DNA of 64,000 nucleotides from Octopus vulgaris. Taxonomy: Eukaryota. The translations under genes were made by a program, and so were the position numbers. The notes beneath the pieces are model-generated. The model had not been told where the DNA came from and did not search any database. It saw only the letters and a list, made by a program, of their open reading frames with translations. This document shows positions 42,286 through 54,224 of the stretch, one piece after another (positions within the stretch are counted from its first letter, which is position 1; the number at the start of each line of letters is the position of its first letter). The DNA lies in the NCBI GenBank assembly GCA_951406725.2, contig OX597840.1:38068001-38132000 (forward strand), given 5' to 3'.

Positions 42286-43633
42286 CACGAGGTTGCGCTG
42301 AAAAGTTCATAACCTGGCTATAAAGGAGTGGCCCTACAGACGTGAGATTTTGAATGCATTAATTTCAACCCCTTTATTAATATTTGCGGGGGTTAGTTCC
42401 GAATAAACTGATGACTTACTGTACATAGAAGGTTTCGAAGGCAAGTAGTAGTGGGCAAAATTTAGCATTGTGGTGTTATTATGTGTTATTATAATAGAAA
42501 TAATGAGCTTCCAGGAACATTCCTGTTGATGTTGTTACATTAGAGGAAGACGCTCCGGCATTTTTAACTGCGCAGAAATGGGCAGGTGTAATTAGGAGAG
42601 GAAGGGAAATGTATTGAAGATGACCAGAGGTTTAGACGTTATGCGACTACTACCGAAGGGAAGTATTCTTTTCTAGTCTAGGCACAAGAGCCGAAATTTT
42701 GAGGGAGGGAGCCAGTCAATTATATCGACCCCAAAACGCAAATGCTTCTCTAATTTCTCAACCCTCAAAGGATGAAAAACAAAGTCAACCTCAGAACGTA
42801 GCGGCAGACGAAATACCTATTTCTATACTACCCACAAGGGGCTAAACACATAGAGGACAAACAAGGACAGACAAACAGATTAAGTCGATTATATCGACCC
42901 CAGTGCATAACTGGTACTTATTTAATTGACCCCGAAAGGATGAAAGGCAAAGTCGACCTCGGCGGAATTTGAAATCAGAACGTAACGGCAGACGAAATAC
43001 CACTAAATATTTCGCCCGGCGTGCTAACGTTTCTGCCAGCTCGCCACATCACCGAAGGCAAATATCGATCGTGTTCGCCACAGGCTAATGGATGACAGGC
43101 GATTGAATATAAATAAAAATAGCCAATGCTATTAGCATAACTTTTGAGAGAGCTGCACATATTCTGAAACAATAAACTCGGAACAGTCAAAAAGCGCCGC
43201 AGTCTGATTACATCACCAGAAAATCTAACATTGCTGCAGAAGATCCAACTGGTTTCTTGAACGTTTACTAAGGATTACTGATGTGTTCCACACTTTGAAC
43301 CACAGACAAAGAGACAGAGACAATCCATGCAGTGGGACCCCTTACACACACACACACACACTTTTCTCTTGATTTGAGCCCATTTGCTTACCTATTAACC
43401 ATCAAGGAAACACATTTGGCTGGGGGCCAGTATCGTCGTGAAAGTAACGTTATATATGCTGTTGATGACTTTGTTTTACTAACAAGATGAAATTATCTTC
43501 ACTAATGTGATCCAAGCAATGCAACACCGACGGAAGAGTGTGTGTGCGCTGCAAGGGGTCACATTTTGAAACATAAACTTTATCTCGTCACATTCCATGA
43601 CAGTATCTTTGGACTTTTTAGCCGACCTTCTTA
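42286..43633 (+). mobile_element. Mariner transposon fossil, internally deleted and interrupted by a SINE B dimer
   Basis: Imperfect TIRs CACGAGGTTGCGCTGAAAAGTTC / GGACTTTTTAGCCGACCTTCTTA. Peptides LEEDAPAFLTAQKWA..RRGR..EDDQR..TTT, NIDRVRHRLMDDRRL..ANAISI and HFEPQTKRQ..SMQW match mariner transposase N-terminal motifs. Confidence 0.85.
42661..43047 (-). mobile_element. SINE family B dimer inserted in the mariner fossil
   Basis: Head at 43047, junction at about 42816 (GTAGTATAGAAATAG|GTATTTCGTCTG on minus), flanked by ACCGAAGG direct repeats (42652-42659 and 43051-43058). Confidence 0.9.
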
Positions 43634-43663
43634 TATATTCACACATTTAAATTCTATTTATAT

Positions 43664-43702
<39 letters not shown>

Positions 43703-43786
43703 TATATATGTGTGTGTGTGTGTGTGTTTGTGCTCGCGCACGTGTGTTTCGTGTAGTTATATGTTTATATATCTATAAATATATAT

Positions 43787-43943
43787 AGCATGGCTGTGAG
43801 GTAAGCAGTTTGCTTCTCAATCGCGTTTCCGGGACCAGTCCCACTGCGTTGCATCTTGGGCAGTTGTCTTCTACTATAGCCTCGGGCCGACCAAAGCCTT
43901 GTGAGTGGATTTGGTAGACGAAAACTGAAAGAAGACTGTTGTA
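43787..43943 (+). mobile_element. SINE family C 5' half
   Basis: GCATGGCTGTGAGGTAAG..CCGACCAAAGCCTTGTGAGTGGATTTGGTAGACGAAAACTGAAAGAAG. Confidence 0.88.
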
Positions 43944-43969
43944 TACTCACACACACACACGCACACACA

Positions 43970-44006
<37 letters not shown>

Positions 44007-44021
44007 TTATATATATATATG

Positions 44022-44209
44022 TAAAATTAAATAAGGGTAGAAATTGATATTAATCAATTAAGACCAGTGGCCTAGCATATTTTAAAATTAATCCGAAGAT
44101 TAAAAAATTTATACATACAAAATTTAGAAGAATGACCACTAATAGTGGACAGCCTGTATGCTAGATATAGACGTCAAACTCGCCATGGTCATTCCTCTAG
44201 ATTTTGTAT
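44022..44209. mobile_element. Short fold-back element in (TA)n with PLE-like architecture
   Basis: A left tail, then 24 bp inverted arms at 44115-44138 and 44186-44209, with (TA)n on both sides. No hammerhead is visible. Confidence 0.45.
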
Positions 44210-44509
44210 ATATATATATATATATATATATAAACGCATACAATCACACGCACATACATATATGTATATATCCATACAATGGGCATACGTACACATATTT
44301 CTCAACAACTTCTTTAAATGTATTGAGCAGCCATTTGTTTTTGAAGAAGTACTTTGTTTTTCTTAAAACAAATGGAAAAAAATATGCTGAGTTTTCTTTA
44401 TATTTCTCTCAAGAAAACTTAAGAATAAATATTCATTTTCCTCCTTTAAATTTTAATGTGTTACTCTTTACACATTAATAAATGCCATAAGTCTATGTAT
44501 GTATGTATG

Positions 44510-44535
44510 CGTCTGTCTATCTATCTATCCGTCTG

Positions 44536-44601
<66 letters not shown>

Positions 44602-44655
44602 CATCTATCCATCTATCCATCTATCTATCTAGCTACTTACCTTTCTATCTATCAC

Positions 44656-44720
<65 letters not shown>

Positions 44721-44751
44721 GTATCTATCTATCTAGCCATCTATATGTCTG

Positions 44752-44836
<85 letters not shown>

Positions 44837-44861
44837 ATTTATCTATCTAGCCATCTATCTG

Positions 44862-44945
<84 letters not shown>

Positions 44946-44960
44946 CCTACCTACCTATTT
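44510..44960. repeat. (TCTA)n tetranucleotide array
   Basis: Direct inspection. Confidence 0.95.
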
Positions 44961-45674
44961 ACTTGACTATCTGTCTGTCTTTCTGTCTGTCTCTCTATCT
45001 AATTATCGATCGATATTTTACTGTTTTTAACTAAATTTCTGCTCCTATTGAAATTTACACATAAGATCAATTGTATATATTTTCTCTGTGGAATCAGGCT
45101 GGGAAATGCACAAAGATTTCTGCTGAGGAAAATCAATTTACTCTTCTAATAATGGACCGTGTTTGCTATCTCAAGAATGGAGAAAATTGAATGTAAGTCT
45201 TTAAGCGAGTTACAATATCGTAGAAGGAGAAAAAAATTCGAATCGCTAATACGTAGTGAACGGTAATGTCCAAAACTATAGCACACTGCATCTGAGCAAT
45301 CCAGATCAGAACCCAGCTGTTATTTCTGTGGTTGTGTATCACTTTCAAAAAGTAGATACGCCATCGAGGCACTGTCTGTTATGGGATGAAGAACATGTAA
45401 TATATGTATGGATATAATTTAAACGTCAGTATCAAAGCAATTTAACCATTTCTCCCCGAAAGCGCAGTCATCTATGTCTAGGCAGACACTTCGTTTTGAC
45501 CAAGCTTGACAAAATTATGTCCTATGTTTGTCAACGAAAACTGCATACGAATTCAGTACATTGAAAAACCTGGCCAGTAATGTTCTTAAAATTGTTACAG
45601 GCGACTGTAACTTTTCTCCAAAATTCCGGGCGGCTGCAAAATATGTGATCTTTATGCGTACATGCATACATACA

Positions 45675-45708
<34 letters not shown>

Positions 45709-45859
45709 CATACATACATATATACATGCATACATACGTGTATATATGTGTATATGTGTGTGTACTTAAATGAATCTATATATATGTGTATACGTACATA
45801 CACATACATACCTACACAGAAACACACGCACGCACACACAGACACAGACACCACGTACC

Positions 45860-46192
45860 CACAAGAATGTGGAGATTAATTACGGTTCATTTCAGTCCAT
45901 TACCACTAAATATTTGAGTACGAGACGCGTGTCTGCCAAGATTGTGCCAAAACTGCTTTCAACTGACCAAAAAGACACACGGGGTTTCAGTCGCATAAGA
46001 TCTCCTTGATTTTGTAGAGAACGATGAAAACCTTTTGGAAACTTTGCGTATGTCTCAGACGTACAAAGTTAAACCTTAGTGCGCATGCACAGCTGAGTTC
46101 AAGATGTACCTGTGGCGAGCTGCTGTTTTTCTCTTCATGCTTCAGCTTCGTTAATATGCCAACAGTCCGGCTACTTATTGATCAGACCACGT
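45860..46192 (+). mobile_element. Mariner fossil (WVPxxL linker region joined to a right end)
   Basis: VEINYGSFQSITTKYLSTRRVSAKIVPKLLSTDQKDTR..DLLDFVENDENLL matches mariner LGMRRVSAKxVPKLLT. Ends in TIR-like CTACTTATTGATCAGACCACGT. Confidence 0.82.
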
Positions 46193-46242
46193 GCATGTAG
46201 AAACAGTGTATAAACCCTAAAAATTCACGCCATAATTGCCCA

Positions 46243-46316
46243 CGGGTATATGGCGTAGTGGTTAAGAGCGCGGGATACTAACCCCAAGGTTCCGAGTTTG
46301 ATTCCAAGCCGTGACC

Positions 46317-46368
<52 letters not shown>

Positions 46369-46589
46369 TAATAACAATAATAATAATAATAAAAATAATA
46401 TCGAAAAATACCTTAGCAATGAGAATCCAGGATCGAAATTTCCCCCAAGACACCTGATGAAGGCTGGAGGGTATATCAGCCGAAAGGTTGCGTTAACAAC
46501 AAACAATAGGACAAATATCCGTCAAATGTAAATAATGTAAATAACGTAAATAATGTACATAATTCCTTCTCTCTTAAACATAGAACTGT
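46243..46589 (+). mobile_element. tRNA-headed SINE-like element carrying a hammerhead ribozyme
   Basis: A box TGGCGTAGTGG (46251-46261), B box GAGTTTGATTCC (46294-46305), (AAT)n linker, hammerhead at 46449-46494, then (ATGTAAATA)n repeats. Confidence 0.75.
46449..46494 (+). ncRNA. Type I minimal hammerhead ribozyme motif
   Basis: GACAC-CUGAUGA-A-GGCUG(gaggguauau)CAGCC-GAAA-GG-UU-GCGUU. The core is exact and stem II is a perfect 5 bp. Stem I has one mismatch, and stem III has GG where PLE hammerheads usually have CG. Confidence 0.78.
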
Positions 46590-46646
46590 CTGTTTGCTCA
46601 TAAGTGGGATGAAAAAAATTCTACGCCGTCATCCAATTTGAGATAC

Positions 46647-46682
<36 letters not shown>

Positions 46683-46685
<3 letters not shown>

Positions 46686-47430
46686 TATGAGTAACAATGA
46701 AGGGTGAAATTAATTAATTTGGAACAATTATCAATTACACCAAGTAGTCTTCGGCATGTAAAAGCCTCATTCGAGGAAAATTTAAGTAATACTAAGCAAT
46801 TAAGGGTTTAGCAACGAATTGCCTTACCACACACCGAATTTAGAAATAGCAGTCAAAGAGATTATAGCTATTTCTTCTACTAAAAGGGAGATCACAGTAA
46901 AGGCACAGCATTTGAAAGGCAAACACAAACAGGTAAAAGAGAATGAATTAACGGCAATCTATCATACAGTTTTAAGTCACCTACGGACTTGGCTACACGC
47001 GGGTGGGAAGGGACTGGTGACACAAGCTTTCATTCATACTTTGAATTTGGTGATACTAGCTGTGGCTTCTAGCTCGCTCTGATACTGAGTTGAGTTGGTG
47101 CCTTCTAGTATCTCAAAATTCAATATTCAATCATTCATGATTGTTTTGTATCCTGCGCTGATGAAAGAAGAAGTCTGGGTAAAGTAGAGTTATCTAATTC
47201 TTATGCTTTCCTAAGACTTGATCTCGAAACGTACGTCCGTAGGTGACTTAAAACTGTATGATAGATTGCCGTTAATTCATTCTCTTTTACCTGTTTGATT
47301 TTGCCTTTCAAATGCTGTGCCTTTACTGTGATCTCCCTTTTAGTAGAAGAAATAGCTATAATCTCTTTGACTGCTATTTCTAAATTCGGTGTGTGGTAAG
47401 GCAATTCGTTGCTAAACCCTTAATTGCTTA

Positions 47431-47434
<4 letters not shown>
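46683..47434. mobile_element. Fold-back Penelope-like element between two (TA)n tracts
   Basis: Near-identical ~200 bp inverted arms at 46789-46988 and 47235-47434 (also visible as twin ORFs MPYHTPNLE.. on opposite strands). A ~105 nt left tail and a hammerhead at 47152-47243. Confidence 0.85.
47152..47243 (+). ncRNA. Type I hammerhead ribozyme motif with long stem II
   Basis: CCUGCG-CUGAUGA-AAGAAGAAGUCU...AGACUUGAUCUC-GAAA-CGUACG-UC-CGUAGG. Stem I is 6 bp, stem III is palindromic, GUC triplet at 47235-47237, and the base of stem II is imperfect. Confidence 0.85.
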
Positions 47435-47522
<88 letters not shown>

Positions 47523-47539
47523 ATATATATATATATATT

Positions 47540-47872
47540 TTACCATAGCCTCGGGCCCACCAAACCCTTGTGAGTGGATCTGGTAGACGGAAACTGAAAA
47601 AACCCCGTCGTATATATGTATATATATATATATATATATATGTGTGTGGGTGTTTGTGTGTCTGTGTTTGTCCCCCCCCCCGCCCACACCAACATCACTT
47701 GGCAAGCGATGCTGGTACGTTTACGTCCCCGTAACCTAGCGGTTCGGCAATTGAGACATATAGGATAGGAACTAGGCTTACAAAGAATAAGTCCAGGGAT
47801 AGATTTGGTCGACTAAATTACGGTGCTCCAGCATGGCCGCATTCACATGACTGAACAAGGTAAAAGAAAGAG
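47540..47872 (+). mobile_element. SINE family C, 5'-truncated
   Basis: ATAGCCTCGGGCC..GGTAGACGGAAACTGAAA..GCTCCAGCATGGCCGCA..GTAAAAGA. Confidence 0.9.
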
Positions 47873-48542
47873 AATATGTATATATATATATATATACTAT
47901 TATACATGCGCATATACCAATTGCCAGAGTGGAGAGGTGTTAGCGAATGCAGTCGATTTAGCTCTGAATGTATTCACGTATTTTCCCCTTTGTATGAGAG
48001 AAACATACAACCTGAACATACATGTGCTCTGACAAATCTCTCTCCGTTGTATTTCCCTCCACCACACACACCTTCAACACATATAATCTTCAACACATAA
48101 ACGCACACGAACACAGATACACGCAGGTACACACAGAGACAGGTATATTAATTCGAAAAACAGATTTCCGAGCCGGTTTCGCATATTTGATAACACACTA
48201 ATCATTATCTGTAACGTTCTAATGTGTTATCAACGTCTTCATTTGTCAGCCTATATTCTTTGGAAAGAGATGCTGACTCTATGTAATATTTCAGAAGTGA
48301 GCAACTTTTATTTACTTATTATTTTTTAACGAAGCTCTTATCTCAGATATATGGAAATATATTCATTTATATCTACATATATTCACATATTGACTTAGAG
48401 TACTGCGGTTGCTTTAATATTTTCTGTCTTATTTTGAATGAGACAAAAAATATTCAGAAGCGAAGCAAAAATCTCGTTAATATATTTTTTGAATCTTATT
48501 ACTTATGGAACAGCGTTTCGAATTACAAATGCACACAAATAA

Positions 48543-48615
<73 letters not shown>

Positions 48616-48959
48616 CACGCATACACACATACACACAGAGACAAGCATTCATTCACATGCACACACACACGTATATATATATGCACATATATTCACACAT
48701 ATATGAGTGAGAAAGGTACATGTCATATCTTCTCGTAAAAATATTTTTCCTTCAAATGTAAATTACCCAGTATTCCAAAGAGAATATATGCATATATGTA
48801 TGTGTTATATATACGCTTTCATGCGCCCACACATGCAAATACACACACAGCCAAAATGTGCGTATATATATATATATATATATATATAAAATCATATATA
48901 TATATATACATACGTATATATACATATATACATATATATATACATATATATACATATAC

Positions 48960-49045
<86 letters not shown>

Positions 49046-49136
49046 AGCATACATACATATATATATATGCATAAATATAGATATATGTATACATATTTAT
49101 ATATGTATATGTATATATATATTATATATATATCTC

Positions 49137-49180
<44 letters not shown>

Positions 49181-50394
49181 CCTATGTACATATGCAATTA
49201 TGTGTGTGTATGTATGTATGAATGTATTTATTATGTATGTATATTCGCATCCTGTCTTTAATTATTCGCAGTTATTCTTGTAAGGAAGGAATTGGTTTCT
49301 GACAACGATACACAGCTCTCTCATTGGAATGTAGATAAGAAAAACAATGTCACACTTTGTACTTGTGAAAATTTTGCTTTCTGCTGCTCATGCAATCACA
49401 GATTGTATTTTGTAATATGCATGCTAGCTTTTTGATTAATTTTTCTGTAAAATCTTCGATTTTCGAAGTCGACATCTTAGGTATTCACTCACAAATTTAA
49501 GTGCAAATATTATAATTTGTATAAATCTGAATTTATAATTAGGATATACAAACTAAACTATCTGAGACCGATTTTCGAGATTTTTCTCTTTCTCTTTAAC
49601 TTAAAAACACCTATTCACATATTCGCAGTTCTTCTGATTCCATTTGGCGGCATTACATACTTATTCATGTCTGACCTAAACTATCCTTTCTGACCTGCTT
49701 CCACTTGGTAGGAGTTCTGATAGAAAAGCCCCAACAGTATTCTATGTGCTCATTCAGTATCATTGACAATCTCAATATCAATACCAGGGCATTCATCTCT
49801 TTCGTAAGGTATGTTTGTTGTTTTAAAAGCACAGCCATATTGCATTGGGAGGTAGTATCTTGGTATGTATGCATACGTTGAATGAAACATATATATATGT
49901 GTATGTATGTGTGTCCGCATGATTACACATGCATATTCATACGCACACATATATGTATATATGTTTGTGGGGCTGAGTTAGTGTGTAAGATTCACAGACC
50001 GGTCTGTCTGTTGTGTTCTTGAGCAAGACACTTTATTTCAAGTTGCTGCGGTTCCCTCACGAGTCATTGGCGCATAAAGCCGGTTCCTAGAGTCTGTGAC
50101 CTCACAATTTTCCACAGGTCGGGATACCATCCTACCGTAGGAATTTCCTTAAACGGGATGACATATTGATGTGACCCGTTGTATTTCACCACTTACTGAG
50201 GTATCGTATTCAAAGGTGTGTTACAACAAGTGAGGTGTAGCCAACATGGTCAATAATTTTTATTAAGCATTTTCACGTAACTGATTCCACAGTGTGTAAT
50301 TTCAGAGCCCTTCTTCCCTTGGTACATTAGTTATCGACACGAAAGGGCTGAAAGTCAAAACTGTCTGGGTGTTATTAGAAGTACCGCAAAATGA

Positions 50395-50815
50395 AGGTGG
50401 CGTGCTGGCAGAAACGTTAGCACGCCGGGCGAAATGCTTAGCAGTATTTCGTCTGTCGCTACGTTCTGAGTTCAAATTCCGCCGAGGTCGACTTTGCATT
50501 TCATCCTTTCGGGTTCGATAAATTAAGTACCAGTTACGCACTGGGGCTGATGTAATCGACTAAATCCGTTTGTCTGTCCTGGTTTCTCCTCTCTGTGTTT
50601 AGCCCCGTGTGGGTAGTAAAGAAATACGTATTTCGTCTGTTGCTACGTTCTGAGTTCAAATTCCGCCGAGGTCGACTTTGCCTTTCATCCTTTCGGGGTC
50701 GATAAATTAAGTACCAGTTATGCACTAGGGTCAACGTAATCGACTTAATCTCCGTGTCTGTCCTTGTTTGTCCCCTCTATTTTTAGCCCATTGTGGGCAA
50801 TAAAAAAATAAAAAT
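50395..50815 (+). mobile_element. SINE family B head-to-tail dimer
   Basis: Head plus two body units, junction GTAGTAAAGAAATAC|GTATTTCGTCTG at about 50627. Confidence 0.92.
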
Positions 50816-51289
50816 AAGGAGTACCACAATGAATTTTAATTAATGCGCAATCGTGCCTAGGTTTTTGGCATCAAAAACGATAGGATGGCCATAGCTGGAA
50901 TGCTTTTATCCATCGGACAACTCAACAATGACAACCGTAACATCAACAACGATATCAGAATGACTAAAAGCCAAAAGGTCTAAGAATCTGAATGCATCTC
51001 ATTTGTGAGGATTCTGCTTTAAGGTCGGTTGAGGATGTAAACTCCGCTGCCCACAGTGATTTGTGGCTTTCAGAGAAATAACGAAGAGAAAACGCTAAAG
51101 AAATCCCATAATTAACAGGAAGTATGGCGCTTCTATCATTTTACTTGGCGTAAGTGGACAGAAAAAGAAACAATTTGAAAAACTCTAAATATGTTTTAAA
51201 CGTATAAATGCAATCCAACCCAAAAGCAGCCATTGCGAAGAAGTTGTCCAAATTTAAGTGCTACTCAGCCACTTCATGTATAACAATCC

Positions 51290-51358
51290 ATCTTCTTCTT
51301 CTTCTTCTTCTTCTTCTTCTTCTTCTTCTTCTTCTTCTTCTTCTTCTTCATCTTCTTC

Positions 51359-51390
<32 letters not shown>

Positions 51391-51393
51391 CTT

Positions 51394-51424
<31 letters not shown>

Positions 51425-51554
51425 TTATTATTATTATTATTATTATTCTCTTTCTTCTTCTTCTTCTTCTTCTTCTTCTTCTTCTTCTTCTTCTGCTTCT
51501 CTTCTTCTTCTTCTTCTTCTTCTTCTTCTGCTTCTCTTCTTCTTCCTCTTCTCT

Positions 51555-51586
<32 letters not shown>

Positions 51587-51610
51587 TTCTACTTCTTCTA
51601 CTTCTTCTTC
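51290..51610. repeat. (CTT)n array with an (ATT)n insert
   Basis: Direct inspection. Confidence 0.95.
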
Positions 51611-51652
51611 GAACACACATAATACATGTATGTATGTATATAAGTATGTTTG

Positions 51653-51685
<33 letters not shown>

Positions 51686-52355
51686 TTGTATGTATGTATC
51701 TATGCATGTATGTAAGTATGTATGTGTCTATGTATGTGTATACGATGTTTTTTTTTTATTAATTCTTCGCATCCAGTCTGAGACTTCTTTTAATCCGCAT
51801 AAGATTTTAAGCAACAACTTGGTAAATATGGCACCGAAACCATTTTCATTAACTTCAAGCTTTCTCTAATATCAGATGTTTCATTTCTTCATTAAACGAC
51901 ATAAAAAAAAACAAAATAAAAACATTCAAGAAACAACGAAAGTCACATAAAGAGAAAAAAAGTAATAATAATAATAATAACAATAACAATAATAACAATA
52001 ATGATTAATATAATAAGGATAATAATAAAGCTAAAGATATTAACTGGCAGAACAAGTATTTAAGTCATTTAATGGTCTGAAATTAACTGAACACATAAAA
52101 ATTGGTTACATTTCGCGTTTTATGTCTCTGGGCTCTAGCTATAATGCCGGCAAGGCAGCAGTCAGTATGCCGCCATTAAAAGGTTAAATCTGTTTTGTAT
52201 AGATTTGTTAGTCTTTTTTTTTCTTCTTTCTTCTCTATTTCCCCCCCCCATCGTCTTCTGGGTTTTTTTTCATATTTTAATGAGTAGCTTTCAAATTTCT
52301 CTTCATCATCATCATCGTCATTAATATTGTCATTGGTATTATTATCATTAGTATT

Positions 52356-52388
<33 letters not shown>

Positions 52389-52969
52389 ATTATTATGATT
52401 ATTATTATAATTATTATTGTTATTATTATTATGATTATGATTACTATTATTATTATTATTATTACTATTATTATTATGATTATTATTATGATTATTATTA
52501 TTATTATTGTTGTTGTTGTTGTTGTTGTTGTTTTCTGTTTCAATTCAGTTTTATATCGGAAATGTCTTTTTTTCGCTCGTTTTCATTCCTTTTCTATTTA
52601 ATTTTTTTGCTCTTCCTGTAAATGGTTTTCGCTCAACATCCTCAACATTCTAAGAAAACTGACATAGCTGCCGGTTATGATGGCCGCTACTCGTATCATT
52701 AACAAATATCTCGCCACTCATTTTCCAATTGGCCGACAGCTATTTGATGCGTATATAGCGACAACATTTATCATACGATGATTAAAACAACCGGCCATCT
52801 TTTTTTTTATTCTACGCACATCACTTACGCATATAAGTACACATATATTTATCGACATATTCAGATAGATTCATATAAACAAATACACATACACATCTAT
52901 ACAACTACGCATACATAAACTAATACATACTTAATATATATATATATAAATCCAAAATACCAATATGCA

Positions 52970-53000
<31 letters not shown>

Positions 53001-53078
53001 CATATATATGATATATATATATATAATATATATAAATATATCATATGTATATATATATATATCATGAATAAATATATA

Positions 53079-53129
<51 letters not shown>

Positions 53130-53159
53130 TATATATATATATCATATATGTATATATGC

Positions 53160-53191
<32 letters not shown>

Positions 53192-53773
53192 CATATATAT
53201 GTACATATACGTATATAAACTTATATACATACACACACATATATATATATACATATGTATAAATAAGCATTATTATATAAGTATGTGTGTACGTATGTTT
53301 CAATGTGCATATATATATAAGTATATGTGAAATTTTATCGAATCTCTTATACAAATGCATTATACTTGAAGCAATGAAAAGCATAGTGAAAACGAAATCT
53401 AAATTATATTTCGTTCTTGCTCACCGTTTTTCTTCTTTCCTCTCAATATCTCGGCATAAATCTCTCTCTCCAAGACTCTTAGAATCTCATTAGAAGAAAA
53501 CTTTGTTTTTTTTCGTTTTTATATTTCAATACTAAACACGATATGCTTTACTTTTCGTTTTGCGTTTATTCTTGTTTCTTTCCTTTTTTTCTAATTCTTC
53601 AAAATCTGTGGTTTTGCCAACTCCTCTATCATTTTGCTATCATTCATTCTCTTTCTCAACAATCACCGTCTCATGCAAGTCTCTATTTTTCCATGCATGT
53701 ATGTGTGTATATATATATATACATATATAAATATACGTATATAATATATATATATATATGTATATATATATAC

Positions 53774-53811
<38 letters not shown>

Positions 53812-53994
53812 GCATATATGTATATTATATATATATATAATATATATATATATATGCATATATATATATATATATATATATATACTTACAAACATATATA
53901 TATATATATATACATGCACATACACACATATATATAAAGTGGATATATATATTTATGTATGACATACATATTTATAAAAACGCATATATTTATA

Positions 53995-54042
<48 letters not shown>

Positions 54043-54129
54043 CCATATATTTTTATGTACATATATATACACACAGAGATATAAATATACACATACATTC
54101 ATATATGTAAGCATACGTATACACATGCA

Positions 54130-54170
<41 letters not shown>

Positions 54171-54224
54171 GCGTGTTCATGTGTGTGTGTGTGTTTGTAT
54201 TTATATATGTATTCCAATCATCTG

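Noticed and set aside
46819-47404. Twin ORFs MPYHTPNLEIAVKE.. as duplicated genes
   Set aside because: They result from the inverted repeat, start at TTG and show no recognisable domain.
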